The position numbers were made by a program, and so were the translations under genes. A DNA stretch of 64,000 nt, from contig NC_045138.2 in assembly GCF_008831285.2 (NCBI RefSeq), positions 40,672,001 through 40,736,000 on the forward strand, in the 5' to 3' direction. This DNA is from Nymphaea colorata. Lineage: Eukaryota. The first letter of the stretch is position 1. The number at the start of each line of letters is the position of its first letter. The notes beneath the pieces were generated by a model. That model was not told the DNA's origin. It saw only the letters and a list, made by a program, of their open reading frames with translations, and did no database searches. Positions 24,343-47,797 of this stretch are shown here, piece after piece.

Positions 24343-27300
24343 GCACCTTGCCAGTTCCATGAGGGAGAGTTATAGCACCACGCACCATCTGCGAAGAATC
24401 CATAATGTACAAAATAAGGACTTGATATGACAAGCAGGAAAACCATTAACTATTTACAAGACCTAACTATTCCCTACAGCACGTAATAAATGTGAACCGT
24501 TTCACCAAGATAATCACTGACAAGGTCCACAGTAACTGAGACAACCATTCATGTAATAAATGTCACTTACCCAATGTAACAAAATTGTGTCTATTTTTTA
24601 CATGGGTCTGCTTGGTATCTTCTTCATGTTCTCATATTAAAATGATCCTTGTCTCTTGTTTCCTGCCCATCTAGCAATACAGCCTAGTTTCTGGTTACGC
24701 TACTTTTATGGCCATGAATTAGCTGTTTTTCATCCTTTGGCCCCATTTTTTATCTGATGTAGCAACAAAGCATATCTGTTATAGCCTTCTGAGTGGTTTA
24801 TGAACAACCAAATTGTGGGCAGTTGGAGTATTACAGGAAGAACTATCAACAATATTTGGAGTTATGAAAGAGTCCCCTTGACAGACAGGGCATGAGGGAC
24901 TGGCCCATGTTTGTGTCACTCTTACATAGGGGACTACCAGACTCAATCCACCTGTGAATCCCAAGGCACTCAGTCTATAAGCAAGAAGTTCACTAGGAAG
25001 GGGTTCCGTTAAGTGCATGATCTATCAAGGGCATGGCACTGATATCTCTAGGCAATATGGAGCTATATATTGCTAAAGTTTTTTGTATCGGGAAAAATTA
25101 TATTTCATCTCAAAAAAAGAAAAACTCAAAATATGTCATAGTCTAAAAAAGAACTATTTTTAGTTTTTACATCAAAATTCTTTTGGAGAATGAGATGACA
25201 ATACCTTTATATTCCAATAGGTTAGACAAAAGCAGAACACATTTTTTTATTCTTATATTTTACTAAATTTCTACCATACTCATCCAAAGAAAACTCTCCA
25301 TCCAGTAATTCCTTGGAATACCACAGGGTATTTTCTGCAGTGAAATACATAAATCCTATTTGTTGCAAAAAAGATAAACACATTTTTTCGTAACAGCCAA
25401 ATAAGAGTTATCCTATAATTTAACTTAAGTAATCGTCACATAACAAGATTTGGGTACAAAATAAGTCCCATAAGGGCATATCATTAAGCAAGTTCTTACT
25501 GGGGACTGACACTGATTTTTGTTTTTTTTCCTTTACATCTTCAACAAGTGACCAATTTTAACTAAAAAGAAATTACAAATAGTTGCACATGAATGAAAAA
25601 ATCTGTTCAAAGACAAAAATCCGTCCAAAGATTCATTTAGGAATGCAAATTGGTCAAAAGACTCAGAACCAGGACAACCAAATGAAGGACCGAGGCCTAC
25701 ATCAATTAGCCAAAAGCTGTAGAAACTAATTCCCAAGTCCCAAATACTTGCATCCCTAGACACATTATACCTAAGCAAGGCTTTACTTGACTAAATCCTT
25801 TTCCTCTTTATCCTTCAGTCCCCTTTCCTTACCTCTAAAATGTTCTTCCATGGATCACATATAATGGATAGAGACTCCTAGAACTTAGTCAATATATTCA
25901 CTTTTTACTTGATCATTTTTTTGTTTCACCTCGATATCTTAGATATTATCCTCATCATGGAAAGCCAAGTATCATGTCAACCAACATTATTGCTTATTTC
26001 AATATATTTTATGCAATATGTTTCACGTGAAAATTAATATAAGACATCCAGTGAAAGCAAAAACTAACCTGGTCACCACGCCGAGGATCAACACCCAGAG
26101 ATACATGTGCTTCAACAGTTTCACTGAACTTCCTTTTAGCATGAGCCTGAACAGTAACTAGAAGTGATCATGCCAATTAGCAATTAACCAAACATTTCAT
26201 TGGACAAATATAAATAGAAACAAACAAATTATTGTATTGGATGCTGCACTTAAAATCTTATATTCCAACATTAATTAACTTACAAATGTAAAAGTTCCTA
26301 AGAAATATGTCACTTAGGAATGAGATAGTAGGGTTTATTAAGTACCAAATGTGGATTAACTTTACCTTTCAGCTGGTTTTGAATATTTTACTTATGTCAA
26401 CAATCAGAAGGTAATGGAAATCAGTTTCTGATATATTTAGTGCATGAAATAAATCAAGTTATTTTAGTTGCTAAACTTACTCAAAAGTTCAAAACAATGT
26501 CAAGTTGCTAAGAATCAGAATCAGTAGCAAATGCAACCACCACCTATTAGGATTTTTTTTTCCCAATATGTGCATTGCCTTATAATCTTTTCATCCTTGC
26601 ACAACACAAACCTTTTCATTTCCTATTCAAAAAGGGACAGTCTTCGTAAACCAAATTTTGTCCTTCACTAAGCCTAATCTGATTTAGAGCAAATCTAATC
26701 ATATCTCAAGCTAATCAATGAGAGAGGCAATTTTATGCTGCTGCATCAACATGTCCCAAACAAATTTTTATAGTCTATATCTCATCAATCTGAATGAACA
26801 AGAAACTGGTTTTAGGCAAAACCCAAGAAAGAAAAGGTTCTGTTCCAGAAAAGAACAGCAAGGCCTATCAAAAATGAACACGAACTAACACTGGACATAA
26901 GATGTAGCTTGGGTATACTCAGAATTTAGAAAGCAAAGAATTTGTTCCCAAAGTCTGTATCCATGATCAAGAAGTAGGAACGATGTTAAGTTTCCACTCA
27001 TTTATTCAATCTAGGAGCAAGTAGGCGATAAGACTTAAGAGGCTACAGCATATAGATTCCTACATAGATGAACACACCAACTTGTCCCATTGCGGCTTTA
27101 AAAGATAAACAAAAAGAAAAACAACTAAAAGAGCAAAATATTTTCACCCCCTTTCATAGACAAAGTCCCAATCAATTTCCAGTAGAAGCTCTCGACAGCG
27201 ATTACAAATGGTACCTATCAATACGCTTTTTTCTCTTACATCACGGAATAAAACTCCAATAGACTATCAAACATCTTCAAAGCATCTAAAAGAATAGGAT

Positions 27301-28595
27301 AACGTGAGCTACAAATTTGGTTAGTTGAAAGTTGAAACATCTTAATGTTGTGTAGATGGAAGGAGTTCAAATTGGTCTGATTCAACGCCCACCAATTAGG
27401 TGTTTGAAGTTGGCAGGTTGAACTCCTGAATTTCATGAAATAACTAACGTGACCCTGTATAGATCAACTGGCACATCGTCTTCCTAAGCTTCCACCAAAG
27501 AAACGATTCTCTACTGCATTGGGATGCATATAAAGTTCAGAACATATGGGGACAATTTCCAAAAGTTAAGTAAATGGTTTGGGGCTGTATTTCCCTACGG
27601 ACCCGTTGAATCGCAAAAGAAAAGAGAATGAAGTATAAGAAGATGCAACTGCAAAGCAAAGCATTAAGTTTTCATTTCTTCAACGAAAACGATATCAGCA
27701 GAGACTGAAGAAAAATGAATGGCCAGTTAAGCAAGAAGAAATAAAACTGCTGACGTGTTAAACCTCAGTATGCACGGCACTAGAAGAAGCACAAGCTGAC
27801 CTTGACTTCCTTTATTGCTTCCTGCAAATCCATCACAGCCTTCGTTTTCCCTTTCTCTGGCCTTAACAACGTAGGGAACGGCAGGCTCTCTTCTTCTTCC
27901 CTAGTCAATCTCCGCACGCGGACCTCCCTCTCGATCCTCCTCGTCTCTTTCTCCAGCTCCGCCTTCCGGCCGTCTCGATCCTCCTCACTTTCCTCCTTCA
28001 CTTCCACCTTGGTCCCCGCTTTCGCCTCGTCCTTTGCTTCCTCCGCGAAAACCCGATCCTCAGGGAGCGGCGCGACGCGGGTAGGATACGAAACAGGCGC
28101 AATGACAGGCGCATCCTTCACATAGCGAATATCCTCCCGCGTCCATTCTCGAGCCTCACTCTCCAACCGCTCCGTCGGCGGCGCCTGTTGCCTGGGACCA
28201 GCAGTTCGCAATCTCCTTGGAGGCGGCGGCGACGGCGACGCTGGAATCTCTTCAGCTGGAGAAGAAGCCGAAGAAGCATCCTTAGGCTTCACGGGGTAAG
28301 AAACCGGCTTGATCGACGACGAGGCTGCTGATTGCTTCGGATCCTTCGAATCGTCATTCGGGGAATCGGAGAAAGAACGCGTGAACCCCAACGGCAACCC
28401 TTTACGGGTCGAGATGGTGTGGAAGGAGGGGGATAAGATACCGAACTCCGCCGCACTGCCGGAAGGAGGAAATGGTGAGCGAGAGGAAGAACCGAAGATA
28501 TCTCTCAGAAGAGGAACGGGACGGAACGAGGCGGTAGAGAAGGCTCTCATGACGGACCGGCGCCGGATAAACCCTAACCCCATGGCACCCATCAT
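22394..28595 (-). CDS. RPL1: Organellar (probably mitochondrial) 50S ribosomal protein uL1 with long N-terminal extension, ~10 exons
   Basis: Exon 1 (28595-27801) encodes an Arg/Ser-rich presequence-like start and ends [11 protein letters not shown]. Later exons give [26 protein letters not shown] (26146-26069), [21 protein letters not shown]…[51 protein letters not shown]…[18 protein letters not shown]…, and STMGPG…LQ* (stop 22394-22396). These are diagnostic L1 motifs. Confidence 0.93.
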
Positions 28596-29116
28596 CACGC
28601 AAAGAGAGAGGGAAGAGAGCGAGAGAGCAGCGACTGCTGAAGGCGAACGCGGGAGACTCGGTGCTGCGCCGTGTGAGACTGTGAACGCAAACGGATCCGG
28701 GTCCGGGTTAAAGGTACCCATTTTCTGATCCGCCTGGTTTGCCCCAGGAATTATACTCGGCTTCAGCTTGAAATGTCACGTCCGTACGAATACGAAGATA
28801 TGCGTACGAACACGATAACTCTTTTAAAAAAGGTACGGATTACGGTAGTATATACATATGTATATATAAAAAGTACAAAAAAATAAAAAAAAAGCAAAAT
28901 CTAAATAAAGAAATGATATATATAAAATCATTATATGTTAATGAACAATAATGAAAACTAAGTTGGAAAAAAATAAATCAAGTTAAACGGCAGTTTCAAA
29001 ATAAAAATACTCAAGTATCCACTTTGAGTACAAGTATCAGACACATATAGAGTTGCTCTTTGCTACTTATAGTTGAGGAAACTTAGTAGTGTGAACTTCC
29101 AATCTCTTTGTGGCAG

Positions 29117-29335
29117 TAAGTGCTTTAGTCTTTATGTCACATCTTGAATAAGTACTTTAGTATTTATGTTGCATTTTGCTTTACGTGAGTAAAGTGTTTT
29201 AGCCTTTTATGTCACATTCTGAATATTTTTGTTTACCTGAGTAAAGTGTTTTAGCCTCTATGCCACATTTTGAGTATTTTTGTCATTCTTGTTCTGAGTA
29301 CTTCAGTTTTTATGTTTCATTCTACTTTACCTAAG
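29117..29335. repeat. Degenerate tandem array (~5 units of ~35-50 bp)
   Basis: The core (g)agtaaagtg(t/c)tttag(c/t)ctttatgtcacat(t)(c/t)tga recurs with variation. Confidence 0.7.
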
Positions 29336-29399
29336 TACGGATGTTGTTTTTCCTGAGTGTGAACCTTTGAGTGTGGAGTCTGCTTTCCTCTTTTTCTTG

Positions 29400-30070
29400 T
29401 TAGCAGAGAATCTTTGTTTCAGAAATGATGTTTTGATTCGCTTCTTGCATGCGAAATTTTTACATCTCTCTTCTTTTTGCTAGTCTCTCTTTTAATAGAA
29501 GTTTTTCCATATTGTTATAAATTTTCCCTTCTGCAAGTTCCTCGTACTTCTTCTGCTTTTCGTAATACCTCTTGCTTGAATTTCGTCATTTTTCTCTTTG
29601 TAGTAGTATTCTCTCAAGTTCTTCAAGCAAACTGTTCCAGGTCCATGTCTGAGGTGATCATTCTAATTTTACTTTGCATAAATCTGGACCTTACAACATT
29701 CTAAACAATCATGTTCTGGGATTTTCTGCATCAGTTTGTAGAATTTTTTCAGACTACTTTTGCTTAATATCTCTTATTTGATAACTCTTGTTTTTTGTAG
29801 CCTTTCCGGTTAAGCAAGTGTTTCCAACAACCAATTGCATATTTCTTCCATTGACCCTTCTTTCGTCCTTTGTGATTGAGAATAAATAATTTGATAACTC
29901 TTTAATTCATATAAATGTTCTTATTTGAGAATTGATCCAATAGTTCAACAAAAATTAGTTACGAACTTTTAGCTCTTTTCTTTCAGAAAAAATCTCGTAT
30001 TTCAGGCACCAATAATTGAGGGAGGGTGTATTTCAGCATTTGAATCCACCATGGCTTTGGTCAATCCTAT
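29400..30070 (-). mobile_element. Possible heavily decayed LINE ORF2 remnant
   Basis: Minus strand reads IIGA*NTR (~30000-30020), resembling the endonuclease start I.SWNxRG. Near 29420-29460 it reads …NQNIISE, resembling the RRxxNxIxxL segment before LINE RT. The strand is A-rich with many stops. Similarity is marginal. Confidence 0.3.
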
Positions 30071-30844
30071 TTTTACACAATGTATGAGTGTTAGGATTTT
30101 ATCCCCCCTTTCTCCTTGCGCATAGAATCTATGGTTGTATCAATTTCATGGTCTAAGATTTTTGTGGGTCGTTTCTCAATGGAAACAACAACAAACTCTT
30201 GCCTGAATTTGCTTTGAAAATAAAAGTAGATTACCAAACATTATAATATATTGTTCCATGAATATATATCATATTTTTTAAGATAAATTCACGAAGTAGT
30301 TTGTTGCCGTTCTAGTTATCTAACGATATAGTTACCACCTCATTGGCAAAAGGAGAAAACTCCTATTAGGCCAAGTACACTAGAAATGCTTGCTGGCTTC
30401 TACGATGTGACCAATTTGTGTACAATAAACATTGAAGCTCAGGTATCCGTGTTTGTAAAAGAAACAATTTAAGAAGTTGTCCTACAACAGCAATGCAACA
30501 TGATACAAAATATCGTATATATTTGTTATGAAACAATAAGCGTATAGGAGCTCACTGCATCCAACTGCTACTCATGATGCAACGTTCTTATGCACCATAT
30601 CAGTTACCTAGAAATATGTTTGATTGATTCGTCCAAGAATAGGCAGAAGAGGAAGTCCACATTCCGCTGTTCTCAGAAAGGGACCCCAGTCCACCACCGC
30701 CACAATAGAGCCCAGACAAGTCACAGTCGCTCGGCTACTGGACCAACATATTACCATTGAACAATTTCGTGTAAAAAGGAGAGGGAGATATGTAGCAACC
30801 AAGCGAGATCCTAAGATATATATGTCAACTACAGAGGGTAATCT

Positions 30845-31660
30845 ATTGGTGTTGGTTTGAAAGCTTCTTACTAGAATTTCAAAGTCATGGGTTCCATCAG
30901 TACTCATAACTGCACCATTTTCTCTTTATTTTTCAAGGTGATAACTGCTACACTTTTGTTGGTATGTATTGACGATATCATTATTATAAAAAATGATCAA
31001 GAGTATATCCAAAATAAATAAATAAATAAATTTGAGTCAGATGTTTAAGATGAAAGATTGTGAGAATCCTTGTGCTTTCCTGGAGTAGAAGTGCTGGCGA
31101 TAAGGATGATAAGAAAAGAAATGACAAGGAAGGATTCAACCGTTGTGCTGTTATTGTGCAAGCAGGAGAAAACCTCGAGCAATCTCGCATAAGGAGATAT
31201 TACTGATGAATGTAAACCTCCTTGTACGTCTCATATTGGTGCCTAACACAGGATTGTACGTCTTACTCAACATAAATATACTTTAGATCTGTTGGGCAAA
31301 GCTGAAATGCAGGCTTACAAGCCCCTCCCCACTACAAGATGTTTCTAGCCAGAAGTTGAGTCAGGACTCCACATATTATCGTTAGTTAATTAAATTTCTT
31401 AATTTATATATGCTTCCAAAATAGGGCATAAAGATGCAATAAAGACACTTAGATGTTTGAATAGTACAACGGGACACAGACTTTTGTGTACTCAGGGTAA
31501 TTATATGCAATTTTTTTCATGCTCACACTGCTTTTGGCTGGGTTAACAATCCAGATTATAGGAAGTTAATATCAAGATATCATATTTTTATTAGTCTTAA
31601 TCTTGTCTCTTAGAATAGCAAAAGCAAAAGACAGTAGTTAGGTCTAATAGTAGAAGCTGG
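30845..31660 (+). mobile_element. Decayed Ty1/copia reverse transcriptase-RNase H fragment
   Basis: Broken motifs appear in RVT_2 order: WFE…, GFHQ…, LLLVCIDDIII (30953-30985, cf. LLVYVDDII), FKMKD…, FL/GVEV, LTQHKYTLDLLGKAEM…KPLPT, and near 31620-31660 a KQ.VV.RS..EA RNase H-like motif. Many frameshifts and deletions. Confidence 0.8.
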
Positions 31661-31674
31661 AAAATGCAGCGATG

Positions 31675-31718
<44 letters not shown>

Positions 31719-32176
31719 CTTGCCATTGTTACACTACTATAGAAGGATTCAAACAGAGTCTCTAAGTATATGATACTGAGGGCTCTGGGAAAAAAGTACA
31801 GATACTGAAACTAAGCAGGGTGGTGAACAGGATGGGTTAAAAATATACAGGAACCTGGATTTGTGGCCAAAGGTTAATTCAGAACTTCAATAACCAATTT
31901 CATGGATTAACAGTCTTTAATTACAGCTGTATGGTACAAAACTGTTTTCCTTTTGACAACTAACAAAGCATAGGGAGCAGAGGATGAAAACCACAAACTT
32001 TGCTCCACCATCAAGAACAACCTCTTCTTCGAACGCGTCTTTGCCTAACATATATGCACCCTTGAGTATGCCACCAGATTCTTTCTCAAACTTAACAGAT
32101 TCTTTTACGGCCCCATCATATGAAAGAGGTTTGTAGCAATCAAGTCATAGGTACAAGAAGACGTATGGCAGACCAT

Positions 32177-42501
<10,325 letters not shown>

Positions 42502-42695
42502 TTTAGGGCTTCAAATCATGAATGAAAGAGAGCAGAGAAAGACCGGAGGAAGGAGAAAGCCACGGAACTGGGAAGAATTGAAGGTTCACGGTTCACCAAT
42601 CACCATGAAGAAGGGAGACGATCCACGGACCGTTGGAGAGGGACAAAGGAGACAAGAAATGGCGGGCTTAGGGTTCTCCTCCTATATCATTTCTA

Positions 42696-42703
42696 GCGGC
42701 AAA
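42696..42703 (-). promoter_or_regulatory. E2F-consensus site upstream of MUS81
   Basis: The minus strand reads TTTGCCGC (TTTSSCGC) ~195 bp upstream of the ATG. Plausible for a DNA-repair gene but untested. Confidence 0.35.
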
Positions 42704-44316
42704 AGAGCGTTCAAATCTCCTGGTTGTCAAAACGGGTCGGAGCGCATGGCCAATCGGGTCCGAATTCAACAACAAAACAATAAAATGTTCGTTTATGAAG
42801 TAAAAATAAATTAATTATTCACAAACCAATTCATGTTTTAAATTGAAAAAAGAAACGTTGGTAAGGCCAAGCTTTTAATTTCCAGAATTACTGAATGATT
42901 CCATAGTAACCCTTGAAAAAAGTTTAAAATTTTGAGATTTCATGAGTAATTAAAAAATTTATATTTAGGTCCTTCATACTGCCAAATTTCAGCAGTTGCT
43001 ATTTTGTTGAGAAGTACTAAGTATCTAAATTTATATTCTGTAGATTTATTTATTTTTATGTTTTCATTTGAAGAACTTACACCACACTTACAATAGCAAT
43101 GTTAATGGTTCGAATATTTTTTTTTATATATTCAATCTGTATTTGAATTCAAGTATTTTGTTTCAATAAGAAAAATCACTTGCAAATTCGAATGTGGATA
43201 TAGTAGAAGCTTTTTTTGGTCCCAACCAAACCAAACAGCTATGCGATTTAATGAACATTTAAGTAAAATTGCGTGTGAAATCAGATGCCATTATGATTCT
43301 TTTATATTTATATTAATTTGATTTCAAGTCCAATTAAATAAGATTTGAGTAATGGAGCACCAAATCACGCTTGTACTCGTATGGATGTGGATATGGATAT
43401 AGGAAGGTGGGTACCGACACTGTAATCTTAGAAGTTATAAAATATGGAGATGCAATGAGATGTATATATGTACATGTACATATTATCGTATTTATTCATG
43501 AATCACCTAAGAAGAGTGAATACATATTGGCAAACTTCTAAGCAATATGGTTTTTGATAAATTTAATTGAGTGGGACATCTTTAGTTGAAAGGAAATTTT
43601 GCAAAAGATACATATAGCTTGTAAAAAGTAGTAAGATTACACTCAAGTTTGAAGATTTTACAAGTAACAAACTGAATTACATACAAAAGCGTCAGTTAAA
43701 TGAAAGAAATTAAAAGCTAAGCATGTTTTTCTTAAAACTATTAGGACTTCATTCTGTTTTGAAAAGTATTGGCCATCTTAATATTTTATAACATCTCACA
43801 GGACGTGGCAGCGTTACCAGGTCAGGGCTTGATTTTGAGACTCACTACCTCAACGAGAAGTTACCCATCATGAGTCATGACCTTTACCATAGTTAGGATG
43901 AAGCTAGTTATACGTATACCCTTTATGTATAGTATAGGAGTGTGTAATGACTAAAATACCTATCACAAAGTAAAAAAAGACAAAAAAAAAATACACTTTA
44001 TTATCAAAAAAATCTAAAATACTCTAACCCTTTTTTATTTTTTAGAAGAGTGTATGGTTGTTGCATGTACAGCCCTGTGTACGCAACTCGATGTCTGACC
44101 CTTCAAGTGACCGGAATTTGTGAGCTGCCGGTTCAACTTGGCAGGGGCGGCCACTTCTCCGAAGCTCAGGTGAGACAAGGAAGAACAGTGCGATCCAGAA
44201 ACATGACAATTCCTTGTCACGGACAAACGAAGTCCGATCTGAAAGTCGAGACGAGAGACAGTTTTTGGCACAGACCTGATCTTGGAATTCTAAAAAGGTT
44301 GGAAGTTCATAACCTT

Positions 44317-44347
<31 letters not shown>

Positions 44348-44691
44348 CTTTAATCAATATGTGCCAGGTCTTCATGCTCCTTCTGGTGAAAAGGGTTCGA
44401 ATTTTTTGCTTTAACAGTGAGACCAGCAAATACATTTGGGTAACAACAACCATGTGCCACAAATTTCTTGAGCAATCAATGATGAAGAAATAATTCATTA
44501 CCACCTTTTATGGTTCCAACCAAAATTACAGATATGAAATATGGCGTGAAGCATGAGCACTTAGTTGCTCATAAAAGCCATAAATAGGGGAATACACTTT
44601 CTATTACTGCTAAACTGAAATCTAAGTGGTAACAGTACTAGTGAAGTTATATCAAGCATGGAATCTGGGGGAGGAGGGAGCAGGGTAGCAT

Positions 44692-45705
44692 TCAAGGGCA
44701 CTTGGGTCCTCCCCTCTTGGTTTTCCAGTTGTTGTAGCAAGGGCAGACCTGCTTGTTCCCATAGGTACCAGGGGGAACACACAGGCAGGTCGCACAGCAC
44801 TTCTCACAGAAGAAGAGGCAAGCCTTCTTGTAAGCTGTTGCAGAGCACCTGATGTTGCACCTTGGTGTGCATTCTGCAAAATAATCACAAGAAATATCAG
44901 TTTCACGCATGTACACACACATATACAGAGAAAAAGAGACGGAGAAAGAGCCGAACCTTGGGGATGAAGGCTGCCCTGTCTGGCTCCATACTGCAAGGCA
45001 AGATCCTCGGTTAGTTCTGGATACAGAGAAACCCTGTGTGGAAAAGGTTGAACTAGAAAAAAGGTTGAGAAGATAATCTCACCATATCAAGAGAGGCTGC
45101 TTCTGATTTTAGTGCTGTCCCTGAGTCGGCCTGGAATGAAGAAGATTAGTCAGCAAAGACGAGTAATTTACGCCGACAAAAGCATAAAAATTAGACAGAA
45201 AACTTCGCTTTAGGTTCTCTGTCAATTGTGTGAAATGGTACTTTGGAAAGAGTACAGTCTAATATTTCTGTGGACCTGTTTTCAATAGTCAAGAGGGTAG
45301 ACTAATTTGAACTCAGTTTAGTCATGCTTCTATATGAACTACAGGGAAAGGCCATCTATCAGTGTTCAGAAAGACAGGTGGAAGATCACAATTCCTAGTC
45401 ATGGAGTAGCCACGTCTACCAAGAAAAGCAGAAGACCATGCCGATCCACTGACTGCCCCTTCCCAGCACTCGGAGAATCGCATGACACCGGCTAAGACTT
45501 TTTTATCATGCACAAATGGACACATCTGAACTTAGAAATTCGATGGACAGCCCATATCATTCACATGCTATCAGGCAATCAGAACTGCAGAAACCGATAC
45601 AGGACTACAAAAAGTAGAAAAACAACTTGAATTCCTTACATTGCTCTCCCACGAAAGCAGCAGCAGCAGCACCAAGCAAAGAAGAGAAACTTGACGCATT
45701 GCCAT
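44692..45705 (-). CDS. GASA/Snakin gibberellin-regulated cysteine-rich peptide (109 aa, 4 exons)
   Basis: Exons 45705-45640 (signal peptide MAMRQVSLLCLVLLLLLSWESN), 45130-45083, 44990-44957 and 44873-44692; total 330 nt. The C-terminal domain has 12 Cys: CTPRCNIRC…CLFFCEKCCATCLCVPPGTYGNKQVCPCYNNWKTKRGGPKCP. Confidence 0.96.
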
Positions 45706-45808
45706 TGCAGATGATATGGAGGAGAAAGGAAGATGTTAAAGAAAGATCTCCTCTTTTCTCTTTATATGAATGTGGTGAAGGGGATGAATTTCTTGATCAT
45801 GAAGAGGG

Positions 45809-45818
45809 CTATTTATAG
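45809..45818 (-). promoter_or_regulatory. TATA box of the GASA gene
   Basis: CTATAAATAG on the minus strand ~105 bp upstream of the ATG, followed by a CT-rich leader. Confidence 0.7.
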
Positions 45819-47760
45819 TGATGAGGTGCAGGACATGGCTGACCAAACTACCCCTTATCCAAGTAGGCAATGTGGCTGGTTCGAGCCATTACGTTCAGAG
45901 CTACTGTACACAAACAAAGCAGAAAGTGGCATTATTAGTGAATGGTGCATGAAAGCGTTGGGCTTTATCTCAGCTCATGCATGTGACAAGTTGGGAGGTG
46001 AGTGTGTGGAGCCCATGCATGTGCACCCACATGGAAGTAGCAAGCCGAATCACTCAATCTTTCTGCTTTTATTGAATCATCACATATACACAGAACCAAC
46101 ATCATATATATACAGTAGCAACACGTGAATGCAGTAACTAGGCTAACCGCAACTGTGCAATGTGGGCACAGGCTCAGCTGCTAGGGACAGTATCATAGGT
46201 TAAGGATTTCAAGAAGTTTCGATTTCGGACAACTGAATACGTTGGAGATCGGGCCAAGATCAAATCGAATCTGACTGAAGATGACAAACTCAGCGAATCA
46301 GACTAGATCTGTCTGCAAGCTTTATGAATAAGTCCATACATGCTAATGGTGACCATGTAGCAGCAGCAATGGCATCCCACTGGTTTTAACTTTTAAGCAG
46401 TCGCAGTTAAAACATGAAACATTATGGTAAATGAGAAAAGGAAGTTTGAAGATTTGGTGGCATTTCCTTTTCGCAGAAAGGAGCGGAAGAAAGCTGAAAG
46501 CGAAGTTGTTTCACTGATTATAGTTGTATGACTCGGGAACTAATTGAAATATGCCATCTTCAGTTTCATGTTTCACGAAAATCTAGCGATGTGTTACGTG
46601 AAATCATGATTTTAAAGGAGAATTCGACATGGTAGACCTCAAAATCTGTTAGAACTCTGTCCCTAGATTCTGTTTTAGAGTGGAAAAAGGAAATGGTGTT
46701 TTTACCACTCATTTGCCTGCAGATGAACCATCTGGCGTCTGCCCCTTCAAATTTTTTACGTTTGGGTTGAAGCAGGGTGAATTGAATAGTTGGTTGTGAG
46801 GTAAATGCCGTGCATTTAATTTTTATCTTCAACAGCCCCGTCTGTCCAACTTCAACTACCGGTTGTGTAGGTTAACTCAAGCACGTGAAGCAACAGTAAA
46901 AGTATATCTTTAATTAGTTCAAGATTTTGGATTTTGGTCACTCGGATACTCAAATCTGAGTGGTTGAACCGTCTTTCTCCTGAATAATAGGTCTAGACCA
47001 ATCTTAGCAGTGGTAGATATATAGGAATTTTTCATTTTTGGTCCCACCTTTGGACGAAAATATGTAAACATGGATCACCTTTTTAGAAATATCTTTAAAC
47101 GTGCCACATTTTATTATGAAAGGTTTAGAATAAGAGTCTAGAGTTAATTTTAGTTAACTTCAAAATGAGAAATATACATGATAATTTAATCTAATGATGG
47201 AAGGTAAGTTTGGAGGAAAGTGCAGCTAAAGTTTTTTTATTTATATTTTTTTAAAAAAATCTCATCTAATTCTTTTTTTTGTAGTTTTCATTTAGATGTC
47301 GAAGTAACCTTAAACACTGAGGCAGGAAGAAGGGGAGGGGCTTCAGCCTCTTTAAGGTTCCTCGCCCTTCCCCGATTAAGAAGATTATAAAACAATTTCT
47401 TTTTTTGAAATTATGAGCAAAAAATAAGCAAAAAAGTGGATTTTTTCCAAAAATTTAAGGCTATGCACTCGATTGTCCACTAAGCACGTGAGCGCCCGTT
47501 GTGGCTTGCTTTCCATGGATGTTTTTGGTGATCCCAGACCACAAGCAGTAATGGTAAAAAGTTCTTTTCTATATAGCACCATTATTACTTAAGAGAGAGA
47601 AAGAGAGAAACACAAAGTACATAACATAATTGGACGCATTAGACCAAGGAGAGCTTTTATAAATATAAATATAAAGGATTTACAGATTTTTCAATTTGGG
47701 TTTGAATGAAAAAATCCTCCAATACATCAACTGATCGTGATTGGACCAACTTCAAGATGG

Positions 47761-47797
<37 letters not shown>

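Noticed and set aside
29117..29335. Repeat array considered as CRISPR-like
   Set aside because: Units are degenerate and contiguous with no unique spacers, there are no cas genes, and the context is eukaryotic.
30624..30860. 78-aa Arg-rich ORF next to the copia remnant
   Set aside because: No motif I can assign. It is probably decayed TE sequence and is not supported as a gene.
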